Of a stretch of 64,000 nucleotides of DNA, positions 59,800 through 64,000 are shown piece after piece. The notes beneath the pieces were generated by a model, which worked only from the letters and a program-made list of their open reading frames with translations, was not told where the DNA came from and made no database searches. The translations under genes and the position numbers were made by a program. How positions within the stretch are numbered: the first letter of the stretch is position 1; the number at the start of each line of letters is the position of its first letter. The stretch comes from Trueperaceae bacterium (GTDB lineage Bacteria; Deinococcota; Deinococci; Deinococcales; Trueperaceae), in the NCBI GenBank assembly GCA_965213705.1, contig OZ243913.1, positions 3,648,001 through 3,712,000 of the forward strand, in the 5' to 3' direction.

Positions 59800-60315
59800 T
59801 CAGCTTTCGCTGACGTCGAAAAGCAGGTCGTCGTCCAACGCGGCGTCGCCGGCGAGCACCGACATGTCGCCGGTGGTCTCGAGCACCACCGCCCGAACCT
59901 CGGCCAGACTGAGCACGCCCGCGCCGCGCAACTTGGCGAACAGGTCGGCCTGGGTGACGCCCGCCCTGGTCAAGTTGTCGTGCAGGACCTGCGCGTCTTT
60001 CATAAGCAGTAGCGGCCGGTTGTCGACGAGGGGCGAGGCACCCGCGCGCAAGCGGTACGCCGACACCACGCGCTGCGCCGCGAACAGCGTAACAAGCGCG
60101 ACGACGCCTTTGAGGAGCGGCACCGACGCGGACAGCGCGGTGCTGGCGATGACGGTCGAAACCGCCACGGTGGTGGCAAAGTCGAAGCTCGACATCTTGG
60201 CGAAGCTGCGCAAGCCGCTCACGCGCGTCGCTAAAATGGTCGCCGCGTAGATGCCCAGCGCTTTCAAAACCGTCGTCAGCGCCGCCGCCGCGCCGACCCA
60301 AAACCAGTCGTCCAT
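59800..60315 (-). CDS. DUF421/YetF-family membrane protein
   Basis: GLRSFAKMSSFDF, P.LLM.D, VLETTGDMSV. Confidence 0.85.
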   Translation of the reverse strand: MDDWFWVGAAAALTTVLKALGIYAATILATRVSGLRSFAKMSSFDFATTVAVSTVIASTALSASVPLLKGVVALVTLFAAQRVVSAYRLRAGASPLVDNRPLLLMKDAQVLHDNLTRAGVTQADLFAKLRGAGVLSLAEVRAVVLETTGDMSVLAGDAALDDDLLFDVSES

Positions 60316-60601
60316 CGCCCGCCCGTCCTTAGCGTGTCTCAATGTACAGAGGTTACACGCTCACGCCAATCTTAACGCTCGAGGGCTGATGTCCTTAAGC
60401 GCGACTGTTGAAGCAGCCAGGGTTACCGCAAAGTCAGCTTGCCTCTACCTGTCGTTGTGAGGAAGCGTAAAAGTTTGAGACAACCGCGTACAGAAGCGGT
60501 GCCAGACGAACCTCAACGCTCGAGACCCCTTCGCGTTCGCTCGCAGGGACGAGCGGTTTTACTCGACTCAGGCGACTTTGCGGTAGCTGTTGAAGCGGCG
60601 C

Positions 60602-61189
60602 TCATACCCCCGCGCCGAAATAGTCGGGTTCAAAACCCGCTTTCCACTTGATGTTGCAGCCCATGCTCGGGCGCTGCTCGCTCGGGGCGGGCTCGCCCGC
60701 GAGCAGGGCGTCGAGCGCGCCGCGCAGTTCGTCCCCGTTAACCGGCTCGTTGTTGCCCGGTCGGCTGGCGTCGAGTCGGCCCCGGTAGACAAGGGTGTGG
60801 TTGGCGTCGAACAGAAAAAAGTCCGGCGTGCAGGCGGCGGTGTAGGCCTTGGCGACCGCTTGCGTTTCGTCGAACAGGTACGGAAACTCGAAGCCGAGCC
60901 GGTTCCCTTGTTCTTGCAAACCCTCGGGGCCGTCGGCGGGATGCGTTTCGGCGTCGTTCGACCCCACGGCGACCACGCCCACCCCGCGTTTGCGGTACTG
61001 GTTGCCGAGCGCCGCGAGTTCACGCTCGACGTGTTTGACGAAGGGGCAGTGGGTGCACATGAACATGACCAGCAGGGGTTGCTTGTCAAAGTCCGTCGAG
61101 GCGACCGTCTCGCCCGAGACCACGTCGGTAAGGCGAAAGTCGGGGGCGTGAGTGCCCAAGTCCAACATCGTCGACTGGGTTGCAGCCAT
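60602..61189 (-). CDS. Thioredoxin-fold redoxin
   Basis: APDF.L, CTHCPFV, FPYLFDETQ, ACTPDFF, GCNIKWK. Confidence 0.9.
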   Translation of the reverse strand: MAATQSTMLDLGTHAPDFRLTDVVSGETVASTDFDKQPLLVMFMCTHCPFVKHVERELAALGNQYRKRGVGVVAVGSNDAETHPADGPEGLQEQGNRLGFEFPYLFDETQAVAKAYTAACTPDFFLFDANHTLVYRGRLDASRPGNNEPVNGDELRGALDALLAGEPAPSEQRPSMGCNIKWKAGFEPDYFGAGV

Positions 61190-61341
61190 GAAATTCCTCC
61201 TGCTGTCACCCTAAACGACGCAACGCGTTTTCGATGTTGCCAGACGGATGTTGCGAGACGGATATTGCGATATGTAGGCAAAGCACGCTCGAGCCCACTC
61301 ACCGAGCCGCAGCCCCGCAGTAAGGCTCTTGCCTTTTTACG

Positions 61342-61371
61342 TTGACGCTTTTTGCCCGGACACCTTATACT
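61342..61371 (+). promoter_or_regulatory. Sigma70-type promoter of tRNA-Leu
   Basis: TTGACG, 18 bp spacer, TATACT, ending 14 bp before the tRNA. Confidence 0.65.
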
Positions 61372-61385
61372 ACGAGCCGCTGTCG

Positions 61386-61471
61386 GCCCAGGTGGCGGAA
61401 TGGTAGACGCTACAGACTTAAAATCTGTTGACCGTAAGGTCGTGTGGGTTCGAGCCCCATCCTGGGCACCA
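61386..61471 (+). tRNA. tRNA-Leu (anticodon TAA)
   Basis: Acceptor stem GCCCAGG/CCTGGGC plus ACCA; anticodon arm ACAGA-CTTAAAA-TCTGT; long variable arm; GTTCGAG T-loop. Confidence 0.95.
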
Positions 61472-61491
61472 GGTTGGCGACGGTAAAAATG

Positions 61492-61530
61492 AGAACTCGA
61501 GCCCGACGAAGTGGGGCTCGAGTTCTTTCC
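61492..61530 (+). terminator. Terminator after tRNA-Leu
   Basis: AGAACTCGAGCCC...GGGCTCGAGTTCT, followed by TT. Confidence 0.65.
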
Positions 61531-61624
61531 GTAAAGCGCTTACAGCGTGCCAGCTTTTTCCTTGACAAAAGGCTTTCTCAAATTTCAATCTGAAAGTTTA
61601 CAAAACTCGCCAAAGCGTTCTGAT

Positions 61625-62770
61625 TCACACACCCAACAGGCCCAAGTACCAGCCGATTATCCCCTGACCGAAAAACAGCGCCAGCAAACCGCCCAGAATC
61701 AACGACGGGCCGAACGGCACCACGCGCTCGCCCCCGGCGAGGCGACCGACGACGCCGCCTACCGCGCCGATGACGAACGCCGCGAACAAACCGACAAGCA
61801 AACTCTGCCAGCCCAGCAGCGCGCCCAGCACAGCTGCGAGCTTGGCGTCACCGAAACCCATCGCCACGGGTTCGTCGTCTAGCAGGGGTTCGTCGGGCGC
61901 ACCCGAAAAAAGGTCCCTGAACCACCAAAACAGTGCACCTAAAAAGGCGACCGCGCCCGCCGCAATAAACGTCCCTGCCACGCTTTGGAGCGGGGTAACC
62001 CAAGGGTTGAGGCCGGACAGGACCAGGGCGACACCCCAAAGCGCGTAAACCCAAGCCTCGGACAAGCGCAGGGGCCGCCGCGCGACTACGTTGAGCGCGA
62101 CCGAAACGAGCGCCACACCGACGCCCCAGGGCCAACCCAGCAGCGCGCCGCCGAGCGCCGCGAAGTTGACCTGGTCCATACCGACCGGCCACAGACGTTC
62201 GCGCGTGTCCGCAAAACGGCGCAGCAGCAGGCTACCTGTTCGGTTGATGAGGGCGAGGATGCCCGCACCTACCGCGCCGCCCGCTAACGCCTCACCCGGC
62301 GTCGGCAAACCGCTGCCAAAGGCGTAGACGAACGCGCCCAGGAGGGCGACCGCCGCAGCGGGCAAGGTCAGGCTGTCGGGCAAGATGAAGTGGTCCAGGT
62401 CGATAAGCGCCAGCATGACGAGCACGGCGAAAATAGCGAGGAGCGGCGCGACGGTGTAACCGTAAAGCTCTATCGGCCAGCGCCACGCCAACGCCACGAA
62501 GCCCAGGGCGGTAAGGGTTTCGACCAGCGGATAGCGCGCCGAAATCGCTTGCCGACACCCCGAACAGCGGCCTCTTAAGAGCAACCACGACAACACGGGC
62601 ACGTTTTCCCAGGGCCTAATTTTGTGGCCGCAGTTGGGACACTGCGAACCCGGAAACACTATGGACTCTTTTTTAGGCAATCGGTAGATGACCACGTTGG
62701 CAAAACTGCCGATAAGCGCGCCCAAAACACCGACGAACAAAAGCGTAACGACACTGACCACAACCGGCAT
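61625..62770 (-). CDS. pilD: Prepilin peptidase / N-methyltransferase
   Basis: GSFANVVIYRLP, CPNC/CSGC, IDLD, MGFGDAKL, PFGP. The start may instead be GTG 62761 (leaderless). Confidence 0.93.
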   Translation of the reverse strand: MPVVVSVVTLLFVGVLGALIGSFANVVIYRLPKKESIVFPGSQCPNCGHKIRPWENVPVLSWLLLRGRCSGCRQAISARYPLVETLTALGFVALAWRWPIELYGYTVAPLLAIFAVLVMLALIDLDHFILPDSLTLPAAAVALLGAFVYAFGSGLPTPGEALAGGAVGAGILALINRTGSLLLRRFADTRERLWPVGMDQVNFAALGGALLGWPWGVGVALVSVALNVVARRPLRLSEAWVYALWGVALVLSGLNPWVTPLQSVAGTFIAAGAVAFLGALFWWFRDLFSGAPDEPLLDDEPVAMGFGDAKLAAVLGALLGWQSLLVGLFAAFVIGAVGGVVGRLAGGERVVPFGPSLILGGLLALFFGQGIIGWYLGLLGV

Positions 62771-62836
62771 TATAGGTGCGCCGCGCCCGCGCCGGGGGCG
62801 ATTTTTCTCATCATGCCGGTAGGTATACTGACCCCC

Positions 62837-63337
62837 ATGAAAAAATTACCCCTTTGCTTGTGCTTGGCCTTTTTGACGGCTTTTTCGTTCGGAATTGCCC
62901 AAGACAGCAACCTCAAACTCGCCTATGTTCGCCCGAGCCAACTCTTCGCCGTCAACCCCGCCGGGCAAGAAGCCGCCGCCCTGATGCAACAGCGCGACAG
63001 CGAACTCGGCCCGCTCGTGCAGGAGTTGCAGGCGCTGCAGTCCAAGGCTGAAACCGCCGAAGGTTTGAACGCCGACGAACGCGCTCGAGCCACCTTGCTC
63101 GTGCGCACGGTGCAGCAAACGCAAGCGCGCTACACCGACGACATCCGGCAGGCCGCCGCGCCCGCCGAAGCGGCCATCGACGAGGCGATTGCCGCCGTCG
63201 CCAGGGCAGGCGGCTACACCCTCGTGCTGGACGCAGAACTCACCGGGGCCGGGGGCGCGAGCCCCTTCATCTTCGTCGACACCGACATCGTCCCCGACAT
63301 TACCGACGAGGTCGTAGCGAGGTTGCAAGGCCAGTAA
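62837..63337 (+). CDS. OmpH/Skp-family chaperone
   Basis: Signal peptide, LAYV, coiled coil, GYTLVLD...DITDEVV. Confidence 0.82.
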   Translation: MKKLPLCLCLAFLTAFSFGIAQDSNLKLAYVRPSQLFAVNPAGQEAAALMQQRDSELGPLVQELQALQSKAETAEGLNADERARATLLVRTVQQTQARYTDDIRQAAAPAEAAIDEAIAAVARAGGYTLVLDAELTGAGGASPFIFVDTDIVPDITDEVVARLQGQ

Positions 63338-63359
63338 CCGAAGGTCGGCGCAAAGCGCA

Positions 63360-63393
63360 GGATGCCGCGACGAGCCCGGCATCCTCTTTTTTT
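63360..63393 (+). terminator. Intrinsic terminator
   Basis: GGATGCCG...CGGCATCC followed by TCTTTTTTT. Confidence 0.7.
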
Positions 63394-63513
63394 GGTACGT
63401 CCCTCGCGACGGGATTCCGGCGTTTTTAGAGAGCAGTTCAGCCACTCTCGAATGATGAACCCAGCGCCGTCAGCCGTGCCGCTTCTCATCCAAAGTGTTA
63501 CTATACTGCCGCT

Positions 63514-64000
63514 ATGAAAAGACTTTCCTTTCTAACCGTGTCATTCGTTTTCAGCCTCGTCTCGAGCCTAGCCTTCGCGCAAGACGACGTTCCCAGCATC
63601 GTCTTCGTCGACGCCCAAGCCGCCATCAACGCCCACCCCGCGGGCCAGGCCGCTACAGCCTTGCAAGAGACGGCAAAGACCGAGGTCGAAAGCCTACAAA
63701 CAGACCTGCAAGCGCTCGTTGACAAAGCCAACTCGGGCCAGCAGCTCACCGCCGAAGAACAGTCGCGCTTTCAACAGTTGAGGGACGCCCTCGTTTCGGT
63801 ACAGCAACGCTACGCCGAGCAAATCAACACGACCGTCCAGCCCGCTTTGGAGGCCGTCAACCAAATCATTGAAGAAATCGCCGAGGCGAACGGCTACGAC
63901 ATCGTTTTGGACAGTGTGGTGGCGGGACAGCAAGGAACCGGCCTCGTCGTCTTCGCCCGCGACAGCCTCAACATCACGCCGCAGGTCCTCGAGCGGGTAA
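63514..64000 (+). CDS. Second OmpH/Skp-family protein, truncated by the window end
   Basis: Not in the ORF track. MKRLSFLTVSFVFSLVSSLAFAQDDVPSIVFVD...AHPAG...NGYDIVLD...NITPQVLERV. Confidence 0.82.
   Translation, partial: MKRLSFLTVSFVFSLVSSLAFAQDDVPSIVFVDAQAAINAHPAGQAATALQETAKTEVESLQTDLQALVDKANSGQQLTAEEQSRFQQLRDALVSVQQRYAEQINTTVQPALEAVNQIIEEIAEANGYDIVLDSVVAGQQGTGLVVFARDSLNITPQVLERV

Noticed and set aside
61386..61625. Integrative element at tRNA-Leu
   Set aside because: No integrase or duplicated tRNA 3' end seen; a terminator and pilD follow directly.

Overview
GC-rich bacterial chromosomal DNA, probably from Deinococcota (Truepera/Deinococcus-like). This is inferred from gene content, frequent -10 boxes just before start codons, and a Deinococcus-type small repeat. 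Most of the window is housekeeping or metabolic: branched-chain 2-oxoacid dehydrogenase E1a/E1b/E2, uvrC, murA, rhlE-like helicase, pfkA, asd, rplY, pth, a copper-uptake operon, tRNA-Leu(TAA), pilD and two ompH-like genes. The standout is a co-oriented ~13.4 kb cluster (5425-18792) that looks like an unusual RiPP system. It opens with a PqqD/RRE protein and a lasso-type B2 leader peptidase. Three tandem units follow, each an internalin-like LRR lipoprotein gene, a 52-53 aa precursor gene and a hairpin. Two DUF11-type lipoproteins, an HPr-kinase-like enzyme, a radical SAM/SPASM-like enzyme and a nucleotidyltransferase complete it. The three precursors (two absent from the ORF track) carry the lasso-type leader motif YxxPx(L/F)xxxGxxxxxT and an identical 13-residue core, QTFFGTFSPPASD, that differs only at synonymous sites. 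No lasso cyclase or exporter is present, and the core lacks the ring-forming Asp/Glu, so the product is probably not a lasso peptide. All functional calls come from motif recognition by eye; no database searches were run.
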